Source: Pseudomonadota bacterium
GTDB taxonomy: Bacteria > Pseudomonadota > Alphaproteobacteria > Acetobacterales > Acetobacteraceae
DNA: 64,000 bases
NCBI GenBank assembly: GCA_023424475.1
Contig: JAFADX010000005.1
Span: 400-64,399, forward strand
Direction of reading: 5' to 3'
The translations under genes were made by a program, and so were the position numbers. The notes under the pieces were generated by a model. That model was not told the origin of the DNA. It ran no database searches and worked only from the letters and a program-made list of their open reading frames with translations. Each line of letters begins with the position of its first letter. Position 1 is the stretch's first letter. This document shows positions 38,489 to 47,434 of this stretch, in pieces.

Positions 38489-38619
38489 CTAGAGCATGTT
38501 CCGATCTGTCGGAACCGGCACCGGCCCGCACCCCCACCGGCCACCCGACGACAGTATCCCGGATAGGTGGCCAGGTGGGGGTGCGGGCCGGTGCCGTCTG
38601 ATCGAAAAGATCTCTAGAG
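38489..38619 (+). mobile_element. MITE-like element, family B (copy 1)
   Basis: CTAGAGCATGTTCCGATC ... GATCGAAAAGATCTCTAGAG termini form an imperfect 18-nt inverted repeat. The core is a 30-bp hairpin (38516-38596). Near-identical copies lie at 54431-54563 and 62611-62740 (inverted). Confidence 0.7.
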
Positions 38620-39657
38620 CCAGCCCTTCCGGCGGAAATACCAGACCGGCAGGATGGCGCTGCCGATCATCATCAGGATCGCGAGGGGGTAGCCGTACTC
38701 CCACTTCAGCTCGGGCATGTGCTCGTAGTTCATGCCGTAGATCGACGCGATCAGCGTGGGCGGCATCAGCGCGACCGAAGCCACGGTAAAGGTCTTGATG
38801 ATGTTGTTCTGCTCCACGTTGATCACGCCGAGCACGGCATCGAGCAGGAACTGCGCCTTGCTGTTGAGGAAGTTCGCGTGGTCGACGAGGGAGCGCACGT
38901 CGCGCACCAGCGTCTTGATCAGCGGCTGGTTCTCCTTGCGCACGGCGCTCGCCTTCTCTGCCCCCACGAAGGCGAGGATGCGGTTGAGGCCGAGCAGCGT
39001 CTCCGAAGTCCGGGTGGTGACTTCGCCGACCTGGCCGAGGGTGATCAGCGTCTCCTTGAGCTGGTCGTCGCGCCGGTTCGCCTTGATGTTGGCCCGCGCC
39101 GCCCGGAAGGTCCGCTGCGAGGCGCGGTCCATGTCGGCGCCGACGCGCTCGAGGATGTCGGCAAGTCGGTCCACGATCTGCTCGAAGAGATGGAGCATCA
39201 CCGCGTCGGGCGAGGCGAGCATCTGCACCGGCAGGCGCTGCGCCCGCGCGGAGAAGACGGAGAAGGCCTTGGGCGTGGCGTAGCGCACCGTTACCAGCGT
39301 GGTGTTGGTCAGCACGAAGGTGATGGCGGTCGAGCCGTATTCCCCGCTGTCCACGCCGTAGAGGAAGTTCGCGGTCAGGAACAACGCGTCGCCTTCGCGG
39401 TAGAGCCGGGAGGAGCTTTCGATCTCCTGCATCTCCTCCCGCGTCGGGATCTCGAGGGCGAGCGCGGCCTGCACCGCCCTCCCCTCGGCCTGGGTCGGGT
39501 TGAGCAGGTCGATCCAGACGGCGCGGCGCAGGTTCTGGGGCTCGCAGGCCGCGGCGGCGGCGGCCTGCGCCTCGGCCGGCAGCACCGCGGTGATGTCCGA
39601 GACGGCGCCCTCGCGCACGCGACAGCGGCCGTCCTCGACCGACCAGGTCGTGAGCAT
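38614..39657 (-). CDS. corA: Magnesium/cobalt transporter CorA
   Basis: 347 aa. YGMNYEHMPEL (GMN motif) and two C-terminal TM helices. The stop codon TAG lies inside the terminal CTAGAG of MITE B. Confidence 0.9.
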   Translation of the reverse strand: MLTTWSVEDGRCRVREGAVSDITAVLPAEAQAAAAAACEPQNLRRAVWIDLLNPTQAEGRAVQAALALEIPTREEMQEIESSSRLYREGDALFLTANFLYGVDSGEYGSTAITFVLTNTTLVTVRYATPKAFSVFSARAQRLPVQMLASPDAVMLHLFEQIVDRLADILERVGADMDRASQRTFRAARANIKANRRDDQLKETLITLGQVGEVTTRTSETLLGLNRILAFVGAEKASAVRKENQPLIKTLVRDVRSLVDHANFLNSKAQFLLDAVLGVINVEQNNIIKTFTVASVALMPPTLIASIYGMNYEHMPELKWEYGYPLAILMMIGSAILPVWYFRRKGWL

Positions 39658-39694
39658 GACGGAAATCCTCCGCTGTGAGCGTCCCCCGGGGCTT

Positions 39695-39802
39695 CTAGAG
39701 CAGATCCTGATCAGGTGGAATCACCTGAACGGGTGAAGATGCTCGCAGAAACAACAGGCTGGAGACGTTGCCGTGAGCCAGAGCGAACGGGAACGGCTCT
39801 AG
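39695..39802 (+). mobile_element. MITE-like element, family A (copy 1)
   Basis: CTAGAGCAGATCCTGATC ... GAACGGGAACGGCTCTAG termini (14 of 18 inverted-repeat match by my count). Related copies lie at 54327-54436 and 62507-62616, and the right half recurs at 22876-22931. Confidence 0.7.
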
Positions 39803-40368
39803 ACGCCTGCCCCCGCATGCGCCAAGCCGTCCGGCAGGGCAAGGCTCTGCAGCACGGCCACGGGCCGGAAATGCACCAGGTCCAGGCGGTCGGCGCGCCC
39901 GCCGCGCAGCGCCGGCCAGAGCGGCGCCAGGCATTCCAGCGCCCGACCCGCCCAGCCGGGCTCGCCCGCCGCCTCGCCCTTGGCAAGCGTGACATGCGGA
40001 ACCCAGGCACCGGGCCGGTAATGCGGGTCGCAGGGCTGGTCGCCGAGGGCTTCGGCCAGCGCCCGCTGCCGCAGAAGCAATGCGTCAGTCACGACCGGCG
40101 CGAGGTAGAGCACCGGTGCCGGCGCGACGAAGAGGCCGAAGCCCGCGAAGCGCAGGTCGGTGGCGCCCCATTCCGCGGCGCGGCCGGCGACGGCGGCGGC
40201 GAGGCGCGCCCGGTCGGCCGTGTCGGGGTGGATGCTCAGCGTGACGTGCGGCGGATAGCCGAGGGAGAGGCTGTCCTCATGCAGCCCCGCATCGGCGAGC
40301 GCCCGCCACATGGCCTCGATCGGAGCGGCGGCCGCGGCGTCGAGGCGCAGCGTGACCGCGTAGGGCAC
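39799..40368 (-). CDS. 2H phosphoesterase superfamily protein (LigT / 2'-5' RNA ligase-like)
   Basis: 189 aa with two H-x-T motifs (PPHVTLS and VPHVTLA). The start is 2 nt after the mtnC stop. The stop codon TAG lies in the MITE A terminus. Confidence 0.7.
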   Translation of the reverse strand: MPYAVTLRLDAAAAAPIEAMWRALADAGLHEDSLSLGYPPHVTLSIHPDTADRARLAAAVAGRAAEWGATDLRFAGFGLFVAPAPVLYLAPVVTDALLLRQRALAEALGDQPCDPHYRPGAWVPHVTLAKGEAAGEPGWAGRALECLAPLWPALRGGRADRLDLVHFRPVAVLQSLALPDGLAHAGAGV

Positions 40369-40370
40369 GG

Positions 40371-41060
40371 TCAGGCCGCCGGCAGGCCGTGCAGGCGGGC
40401 GACGGCGGGAAAGTCGGCTGCCCCGGCATGGCGGCCGGACGCCTGGGTGCCGTCGCCAGCCCGCACCAGCTGGCAGGTCCGCATTCCGGCAGCCGCCGCG
40501 GCGTCGAGTTCCTCCGCCACGTCCGAAAGGAAGAGGATGTCGCCCGGCGGCAGCCCCAGCGCCGCCGCGATGGCCACGTAGGAGGCCGCCTCGCGCTTGC
40601 CGCCGACCCTGGTGTCGAAGAAGCCGGCGAAGAGCGGCACCAGGTCGCCCGCCGCCGAATGGCCGAACAGCAGCTTCTGCGCCGCGACCGAACCCGAGGA
40701 ATAGACCGCGAGCCGGACCCCGCCCGCGGCCCAGGCCCGCAGGCAGGCCGCGACATCCGGCCAGAGGTGCCCCTTCAGCCGCCCGTCCAGGTAGCCCGCG
40801 CGCCAGATCAGCCCCTGCAGGGTCTTGAGCGGCGTGACCTTGGCGTCCTCGGCCATCCAGCGATGCAGCGCCGCGCGCGGCTCCTCCCCGGACGCGGCCT
40901 CGCGCACCTCGGCCAGGATCGCCGCCACGGCCGGGTCATCGCCACGGGCATCGAGGAAGGCGTCGAGCTCGGCCGCCGCGAAGGGGAACAGCGTCTCCTT
41001 CACGAAGGCGATCGCGCTCGTGGTGCCCTCGATGTCGGTCAGGACGCAGGCAGGCGCCAC
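40371..41060 (-). CDS. mtnC: Enolase-phosphatase E1 (acireductone synthase)
   Basis: [13 protein letters not shown] motif [21 protein letters not shown] and FLSDV. Confidence 0.85.
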   Translation of the reverse strand: MAPACVLTDIEGTTSAIAFVKETLFPFAAAELDAFLDARGDDPAVAAILAEVREAASGEEPRAALHRWMAEDAKVTPLKTLQGLIWRAGYLDGRLKGHLWPDVAACLRAWAAGGVRLAVYSSGSVAAQKLLFGHSAAGDLVPLFAGFFDTRVGGKREAASYVAIAAALGLPPGDILFLSDVAEELDAAAAAGMRTCQLVRAGDGTQASGRHAGAADFPAVARLHGLPAA

Positions 41061-41066
41061 GCGTGC

Positions 41067-41606
41067 TCAGTCCACCGTGACGGGAATGCGCGCGGCGATG
41101 TCGCTGCCCGTGTAGTGCGGCGTCCAGCCCGTGGTGTCGGTGAAGACGCGCAGCGCGGTGACGTGCGGTACCTCTCCGGCGTCGAACCAGTGCTTCGTGT
41201 TGGCCGGGACCGAGATCAGGTCGCCCCGGCTGCAGTGGGCGTCGTAGATCTTCCCGTCCACGTGCATGACGAAATTGCCCGCGCCCTCGTGGAAGAAGCG
41301 GACCTCGTCCTCGGTGTGGATGTGCTCGGAAAGGAATTTCGCACGGATCGCATCCTTCTGCGGATGGTCGGCGGTCAGGCGGATGACGTCGGCCGTCCCC
41401 GCCCTGGTCTCCTTGAGGAAGGCGTCGAGGTGGGGGCGATAGGCCTCGAGCACCGCGTCGGGCTCGGCGCCCTCGGGCAAAGCGGCGACCGGCCAGCGCT
41501 CGAAGCGCACGCCGATGGCGCCGAGCGCCTCGGCCATCTTCCCCGGGTCTTCGGTCCTGAGTGTTTCGGCGCCGGTGGCGGCGTCGCGGATCGTCAGCAG
41601 GCTCAT
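41067..41606 (-). CDS. mtnD: Acireductone dioxygenase (ARD)
   Basis: Start at MSLLTIRD. EHIHTEDEVRFF..G.G.F and HWF cupin motifs. Overlaps the mtnB stop (ATGA). Confidence 0.85.
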   Translation of the reverse strand: MSLLTIRDAATGAETLRTEDPGKMAEALGAIGVRFERWPVAALPEGAEPDAVLEAYRPHLDAFLKETRAGTADVIRLTADHPQKDAIRAKFLSEHIHTEDEVRFFHEGAGNFVMHVDGKIYDAHCSRGDLISVPANTKHWFDAGEVPHVTALRVFTDTTGWTPHYTGSDIAARIPVTVD

Positions 41607-42214
41607 GGCGTGCGCCTCCCTTCCTCCAGATGACAGAGCAGCATGAATTCCAGCGCCTCCAGCCGCGTCATCGCCGCGGACATGTCGGCACCCCAGACAT
41701 ATACGCCATGCCCGCGGATGATGTAGCCCGGCGGGGCATCCGGCGCGCGGTCCCAGAGGGCGTCGAGCGCGGCCTGCAGGCGCGGGATGTCCTGGTCGTT
41801 GTCGAGAACCGGGACGGCGACCTCGGCCTCGTGCGTCGGACCGCCGGGGAAGGCCTTGAGCAACTCGTAGCCGGCCAGGCGGATGTCGTCCTTCGCGCGG
41901 CGCGAAAGCACCGTATTGGCGACGGAATGGCCATGCACCACCGCCCCCGTGCCGGGGAAGCGCCGGTAGATCCCGCAGTGGAGCAGGGTCTCGTAGGACG
42001 GCCGGGCCCCGGGTTCGAGCGAGCCTCCCTGCCCGTCCACCAGCATCACGTCGGCGGCCGCGAGCAGGCCCTTGTGCCGGCCGGAGCGGGTGATGGCGAT
42101 ACGATCCGGCGTGAGCCGCACGGATATGTTGCCGGCGGTGGCCGGCACCCATCCCATCGCATCCATCCGCCGCCCGGCGGCGGCGATGGTGGCGGCGGCT
42201 TCCTCGAGGGTCAT
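41603..42214 (-). CDS. mtnB: Methylthioribulose-1-phosphate dehydratase (class II aldolase fold)
   Basis: Start at MTLEEAAATI. GWVPATAGNISVR, VVHGHS and IRGHGVYVWG motifs. Confidence 0.85.
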   Translation of the reverse strand: MTLEEAAATIAAAGRRMDAMGWVPATAGNISVRLTPDRIAITRSGRHKGLLAAADVMLVDGQGGSLEPGARPSYETLLHCGIYRRFPGTGAVVHGHSVANTVLSRRAKDDIRLAGYELLKAFPGGPTHEAEVAVPVLDNDQDIPRLQAALDALWDRAPDAPPGYIIRGHGVYVWGADMSAAMTRLEALEFMLLCHLEEGRRTP

Positions 42215-42296
42215 CGGCGCGGGGTCCGCGGAATGGCAAGGCCCCGCCGTGCGGCCGCGCGGCGGGGCCTCGGCCGGAAGCCGATGGTCGGGACGG

Positions 42297-42560
42297 TCAG
42301 GCGGCGGGGCGGTTGCCGGCCTGCTCACCCTGGCTCGCCGTGGCCTGGCCCTGCTGCGGGCCGGGAATGTTGCCGGCCGGCGCCTGCGGGGTGGCCTGCG
42401 CCTCCATCGAGGCGTCGTTCTCGTCTTCCTTGATGTTCTGCTTGAAGGACTTGATGCCCTTCGCCAGGTCGCCCATGAGGCCGCTGATCTTGCCGCTGCC
42501 GAAGAGCAGCAGAATCACCAGCAGCACGACCATCCAGTGCCAGATGCTGAACGAACCCAT
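42297..42560 (-). CDS. tatA: Twin-arginine translocase TatA/E-family protein
   Basis: Start at [40 protein letters not shown], the canonical TatA TM plus amphipathic helix. Confidence 0.85.
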   Translation of the reverse strand: MGSFSIWHWMVVLLVILLLFGSGKISGLMGDLAKGIKSFKQNIKEDENDASMEAQATPQAPAGNIPGPQQGQATASQGEQAGNRPAA

Positions 42561-42861
42561 TGTGGCGCCTCGATCCCGTTGTGGCCGCGCAAGGGGCGCG
42601 GCCGGCTCCGTCTGAACGGGGCGCAACCTAGTGTCCCGGGCGCGCCCATGCAAACCCACATGGGCCATCCGGCGCTTCGCCGCAACCGGTCTTGACGCCG
42701 GGGCCCACGGAAAGCATTTACCGCAATGATCCGGGCCCCTCTGGCGGCCGCCCGCCCCGTCGTGGCGAGGCGTCCGTGATGTCGGATCGCGTGGAAATCG
42801 CGCGATCCGGGCCCCTCTCCTGGCCACCGTCGGGTCGCGCCAGAGAGGAGGTGTTCGGGGA

Positions 42862-43866
42862 ATGGAATTCTTTTCCGCTGAATGGCTCGGCAAGCCCCTC
42901 TGGATGTGGAAGGGCTTCCTGGCGGTCGTGCTGGTGCTGCTCGCCTTCGACCTCGGCGTGCTGAACCGCCGGGACAGGGAGATGGGGATCGCCCGGAGCC
43001 TGTGGCTCTCGGCCTTCTACATCGGCTTCGCGATGCTCTACGGCGCCGGGATCTGGTGGGCGCACGAGGCCGGGCAGCTCCCGACCAGCGACGGGGTCCA
43101 TGCCGGCGTCGCCTATTTCACCGGCTTCTTCATCGAGAAGGCGCTGTCCATCGACAACGTCTTCGTCATCAGCCTGATCTTCACCTATTTCGCGATCCCG
43201 CGCGCCTACCAGTACCGGGCTCTCGTCTGGGGCATCATCGGCGTGATCGTGCTGCGCGGGCTGATGATCGGCGCCGGCGCGGCGCTGGTGCAGCAGTATT
43301 CCTGGGTCCTCTACGTCTTCGGCGCCTTCCTGATCGCGACCGGCATCAAGATGCTGGTGGTGCCCGAGGGCGAGCAGGACATCGCGCAGAACCCGCTGGT
43401 GAGAGTCATGCGCCGGCACATGCGCGTCAGCGACCGGCTGCACGGCCAGAGGTTCTTCATCCGCGAGCCCGACGCGAAGACCGGCCGGATGGTGCGCGCC
43501 GCGACGCCGCTGTTCCTCGCCCTGGTGGTGATCAACATCGCCGACCTGGTCTTCGCGGTGGACAGCGTGCCGGCGATCTTCGCCATCACGACGGATACCT
43601 TCATCGTCTACACGGCGAACATCATGGCGATCCTCGGCCTGCGCGCGCTCTACTTCGCGCTGGCGGCCATGGTGCACCGGTTCCACTACCTGAAGTATGC
43701 GCTGGCGCTGGTCCTGGTGTTCATCGGCGCGAAGATCTTCTGGAACCAGATCGTGGGGAAGGTGGACCCGGCCATCTCGCTCGGCGTGACGCTGGCGACG
43801 ATCGCGGGCGGGATCGGCTGGTCGATGTGGAAGACCCGCAAGGATACGCCGATCGCCGCGCGGTGA
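42862..43866 (+). CDS. TerC/Alx-family integral membrane protein
   Basis: 334 aa. [14 protein letters not shown] and [16 protein letters not shown] TerC repeats. Confidence 0.85.
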   Translation: MEFFSAEWLGKPLWMWKGFLAVVLVLLAFDLGVLNRRDREMGIARSLWLSAFYIGFAMLYGAGIWWAHEAGQLPTSDGVHAGVAYFTGFFIEKALSIDNVFVISLIFTYFAIPRAYQYRALVWGIIGVIVLRGLMIGAGAALVQQYSWVLYVFGAFLIATGIKMLVVPEGEQDIAQNPLVRVMRRHMRVSDRLHGQRFFIREPDAKTGRMVRAATPLFLALVVINIADLVFAVDSVPAIFAITTDTFIVYTANIMAILGLRALYFALAAMVHRFHYLKYALALVLVFIGAKIFWNQIVGKVDPAISLGVTLATIAGGIGWSMWKTRKDTPIAAR

Positions 43867-44007
43867 ACGGGCCGCCGGAGGGGCTCCGCCCTGGATCCGG
43901 CAAAGGCCGGGCGGCCCTTGTCAACCATGACCCGGTTCCGTGCGCCACGCGCCGGATCAACGCCCGGACCCGCCCTTGCCCGCGAAGGAGCGGCGCCCCT
44001 CTCGGCC

Positions 44008-46206
44008 CTATGCCGCCCGCGGTGCCCTCAGCCGCCGCACCTGGCCGCCCGTGCTGTCCGCCGGCGGCGGTTCCCCGGTGAAGACCCGTTCCATCTCCGA
44101 CATGCGCCAGGCCGCTTCCTCGGGCAGTGCGCCGGTCGCCTCGACAACGGCGCGCAGCGCCTTCAACGCCTCGGCGCGCAGGGCGGGATCCTCCGGCAGC
44201 AGTTCCGGCAGGGTCTCGACGGCGCGCACGTCGTCGATCAGCAGCATGAAGAACTGCTGGCGCACGATGCGCTTGAACTCCTCCAGCGGCAGCCTGTCCC
44301 GTCCCACCGTCTCACGCAGGCGGCGGATGACCGCGAAGGACCGCTCGTCCGCCGTGCCGACCGGCAGGCGGACCCAGATCAGGGCGCGGATCAGCGCCTC
44401 CTGGAGCCCGCCCTCGCTCATCCCGGCACGCAGCCTCTCCACGGCCATCCGGACGAAGGCGCGCTGCTCCGGCCCCTCGGTGGGCTGCTGGCGCGGCGGC
44501 GCCGAGGCCGCGGCGACGCCCGTCATGGCCTGCACGAGCGGCGAGGCATAGATCTCGCGGAAGAGCCGCTCGCTCAGCGCATCGCGCTGCTGTCCGAAAT
44601 CCCTGAGCATGCGCGTCACGACGTCGGAAACCTGACGCTCCGCCATGCGGCCGGGATTGTCCTCCGTCACCGGCGTCCGCCGGGCACGGATCATCTCGGC
44701 CGCCGCGCCGACCCAGGCCATGGCGGGGTTGCGATCGGAAAACAGCGTGTAGGACAGGCGCGACGGGTGGAACTGCTCGAGCGCCCAGGCGACGGGCGGC
44801 GCCGCCATCGCGCGCACCGCCGGCTGCACGAACTGCCGGTAGAGCGCGAGATTGGCCTCCGAGACGCGGCGCGCCGCGGCGAAGCGCCTCTCGTCCTCGG
44901 GCGACGTGCCGCCATGCTTGTCGAGGTCGGGGAAATCGCGCGCCTCGAAGGAGACGACCCAGTCGCCCGGCACCAGCGCGCCGCCGACCATGCCCTCGCG
45001 CGGCTTCAGGTCGGCCTCGTAGAGCCCGGGCGGCAGCACGTCGATCATGTCCATGTTGGAGGCGAACTCGGCGTGCTCCTTCCGGGCCACGCCGCCCGAG
45101 ACGAAGATGCCGAGATGCCCGATGCTGCCATGCACCGAATAGACGATCGTCTTGCCGCGGGTGCGCAGCGCTTCGAGGGTGCCGTAGGCGTCCCTGATCC
45201 AGGACAGCGCCTGGGCCGGCGGCGTGATCTCGTCGCCCTCCGAGCAGAACACCACGATGGGGGATTCGATCGCGCGCAGGTCGACATGCGTACCGTCGGA
45301 GAAGGTCAGCTCGCCGGTCGCGAGCCGGTTGCCGATGAACAGCTCGTCGACGATGAACTGCATTTCCTCGGCATTGAGGCGCACATGCCCGCCCCACCAC
45401 TTCTCGAAGCCGAGATAGCGATCGGCCGCCTTGTCCACCTCGGACCAGACGTCGTACTGCTTGGTCCACAACGTATTGGCGGGATTGCCGCTCTCGAAGT
45501 TGGTGACGAGCCAGGCGCCGTCGAACTTGCCGCCGCCGATGTCGCCGGTCAGCGCCGTCATCCACGACCCGCCCAGCAGGCCGCCGAGGTAGCGCATCGG
45601 CGCTCGGCCCTGCACGCCGGCCCAGTAGGACACCGGCGCACCGGCGACCAGCAGGGGGCCGAAGGCCTCAGGCCGGATCGCGGCCGCCATCAGCAGCGCC
45701 CAGCCGGCCTGGCAGTTGCCGATCGCCACCGGCCTGCCGTCGGCCCCGGCATGCAGGCGGCCGACCTCCTCGGCGAAGGCGACGATGGCGCGGACCACGT
45801 CCTCGATGGTCTGGCCCGGCTCCGGGTCCGGGCGGAAGCCGACGAAATAGCAGGGATGGCCGGCATGGATCGCGACGCCGATCTCGCTGTCCGCCTTGAA
45901 GCCGCCGATGCCCGGACCGTGGCCGGCGCGCGGGTCGATGACGATGAAGGGCCGGTTCAGCGGATCGGTCGGCGGCGCGCCCTCGGGCGGGGTGATGCGC
46001 GCGAGCCAGTAGTTGACCGGCCGGGGCAGGTTGCGCCCGTCCATCACGAGGTCGAAGCCGAAGGTCAGCACGTTCCGCATCGGGTCGTGCTCGGCGGCGA
46101 GCATCGCATTGCCGCGCTGCCGCAGCACGTCGAGGAACATGACGGAACGCTGCCAGGCGTCCACACCGTAGGCGGCCCAAGGCATCAGGGACAGATCGGC
46201 GGACAT
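44008..46206 (-). CDS. DUF3141-family protein (PHA-synthase-like alpha/beta hydrolase core plus long helical C-terminus)
   Basis: Start at MSADLSLMPW. PFIVIDPRAGHGPGIGGFK and the nucleophile-elbow-like IGNCQAGW (45703-45720). 732 aa. Confidence 0.75.
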   Translation of the reverse strand: MSADLSLMPWAAYGVDAWQRSVMFLDVLRQRGNAMLAAEHDPMRNVLTFGFDLVMDGRNLPRPVNYWLARITPPEGAPPTDPLNRPFIVIDPRAGHGPGIGGFKADSEIGVAIHAGHPCYFVGFRPDPEPGQTIEDVVRAIVAFAEEVGRLHAGADGRPVAIGNCQAGWALLMAAAIRPEAFGPLLVAGAPVSYWAGVQGRAPMRYLGGLLGGSWMTALTGDIGGGKFDGAWLVTNFESGNPANTLWTKQYDVWSEVDKAADRYLGFEKWWGGHVRLNAEEMQFIVDELFIGNRLATGELTFSDGTHVDLRAIESPIVVFCSEGDEITPPAQALSWIRDAYGTLEALRTRGKTIVYSVHGSIGHLGIFVSGGVARKEHAEFASNMDMIDVLPPGLYEADLKPREGMVGGALVPGDWVVSFEARDFPDLDKHGGTSPEDERRFAAARRVSEANLALYRQFVQPAVRAMAAPPVAWALEQFHPSRLSYTLFSDRNPAMAWVGAAAEMIRARRTPVTEDNPGRMAERQVSDVVTRMLRDFGQQRDALSERLFREIYASPLVQAMTGVAAASAPPRQQPTEGPEQRAFVRMAVERLRAGMSEGGLQEALIRALIWVRLPVGTADERSFAVIRRLRETVGRDRLPLEEFKRIVRQQFFMLLIDDVRAVETLPELLPEDPALRAEALKALRAVVEATGALPEEAAWRMSEMERVFTGEPPPADSTGGQVRRLRAPRAA

Positions 46207-46370
46207 GGGGGGATCTCCGCGAGGGGGTTCGTGACCGGGGCCAGTCCTGCACGCATGGACGCGGATCTCCCGCAACCCATGCGCACGCGCGCGGCGCGCC
46301 TTGCGCCGCGCAAGGCCCTCTTAACGCCCCTCGGGGTGTGCGGTCGCCTTGATCCTACGCAAACCCGCCT

Positions 46371-47348
46371 TCAATTCTCCGGGCGCAGGCCAAGGCGGCG
46401 GATCAGTCCGCCCCAGCGGCGGATGTCGCTCGCCTGCAGCGCGCGGAAGGTATCGGGATCGCTGCCGACGACCACGAAGCCGGCGGTTTCCAGCGCGCGG
46501 CGCTGCTCGGGCACCGCCAGGGCCGCCTGCGTCTCGGCCGAAACCCGCGCGATGCGGTCGGCGGGCATCCCCGCCGGGGCGAAGAGGCCGATCCAAGCCA
46601 CCGCCGGTTCCGCATTCACCCCGGATTCCCGCATGGTCGGCACCTCGGGGATGGCGGCGAAGCGTTCGGCGCTGGTGACCGCCAGCGCGCGGACCTTGCC
46701 GTCCCGCACCTGGCCCAGGACGCCGCCGGTGGCCGCGAAGAAGGCCTGGATGCGTCCCGCCACCAGGTCGAGCACCGCCTGGCCGACGCTGCGATAGGGA
46801 ACGTGCACCGCCTCGAAGCCCTGGGTGGCGGCGAGGTCCTCCATGACCAGGTGCGACAGGGTGCCGGGGCCGGTCGAGGCATAGGAGATCTTCCCCGGGT
46901 TGGCCTTGGCATAGGCCACGAACTCGGCGGCCGTCGTCGCCGGCACCGAGGGATGCACCACCAGCACGAAGGGCAGCCGCGCCAGCAGCGACACGGGCGC
47001 GAGGTCGGTGGCGGGATCGTAGCCGAGGCTGGGGTTGAGGATCTTCGCCGTGCTGCCCGGCCCGCCGATGGTCACGCCGAAGGTGTGGCCGTCGGTGGCA
47101 TGGGCGATCGCATCGGTGCCGATGTTGCCGCCGCCGCCGGCACGGTTGTCCACCACGACCGGCTGGCCGAGCACCTGCTGCAGGTGCGGCGCGATCGTCC
47201 GGGCGGCGAGATCGGGGGTCGAACCGCCCGGGAAGGCGACGATGACGCGCACGGGGCGGTCCGGCCAGCCTGGCTGCGCGCGGGCGGCGCCCGGCAGCAG
47301 GGACAGGGCAGGCAGCGCGGCCCCGAGGGCACGGCGGGTCAGGCTCAT
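46371..47348 (-). CDS. Bug-family (TctC-like) substrate-binding protein
   Basis: Start at MSLTRRALGAALPAL. WPDRPVRVIVAFPGGSTPD, YASTGPGTLSH and PEVPTM motifs. Confidence 0.85.
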   Translation of the reverse strand: MSLTRRALGAALPALSLLPGAARAQPGWPDRPVRVIVAFPGGSTPDLAARTIAPHLQQVLGQPVVVDNRAGGGGNIGTDAIAHATDGHTFGVTIGGPGSTAKILNPSLGYDPATDLAPVSLLARLPFVLVVHPSVPATTAAEFVAYAKANPGKISYASTGPGTLSHLVMEDLAATQGFEAVHVPYRSVGQAVLDLVAGRIQAFFAATGGVLGQVRDGKVRALAVTSAERFAAIPEVPTMRESGVNAEPAVAWIGLFAPAGMPADRIARVSAETQAALAVPEQRRALETAGFVVVGSDPDTFRALQASDIRRWGGLIRRLGLRPEN

Positions 47349-47434
47349 CGCGTATTCTCCCCGAAGGCAGCGAGTCGCCGCGGGTTGCAGCATGGCCCCG
47401 GCCTTGGGGCAAGCGCCGATCCGCCGGGCGCGGG

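Noticed and set aside
38352-38704. Small ORFs inside or across the repeat elements (for example 38489-38704, 54188-54487, 54327-54713, 62611-62961).
   Set aside because: Their reading frames are created by the palindromic repeat itself, they differ between copies, and they have no protein-like composition.
42600-42861. yybP-ykoY (Mn) riboswitch upstream of the TerC-family gene.
   Set aside because: I could not find the conserved GGGGAGUAG and UUGGAGAGACC-type loops on either strand. Only generic hairpins are present, and these are reported separately as an unclassified leader.
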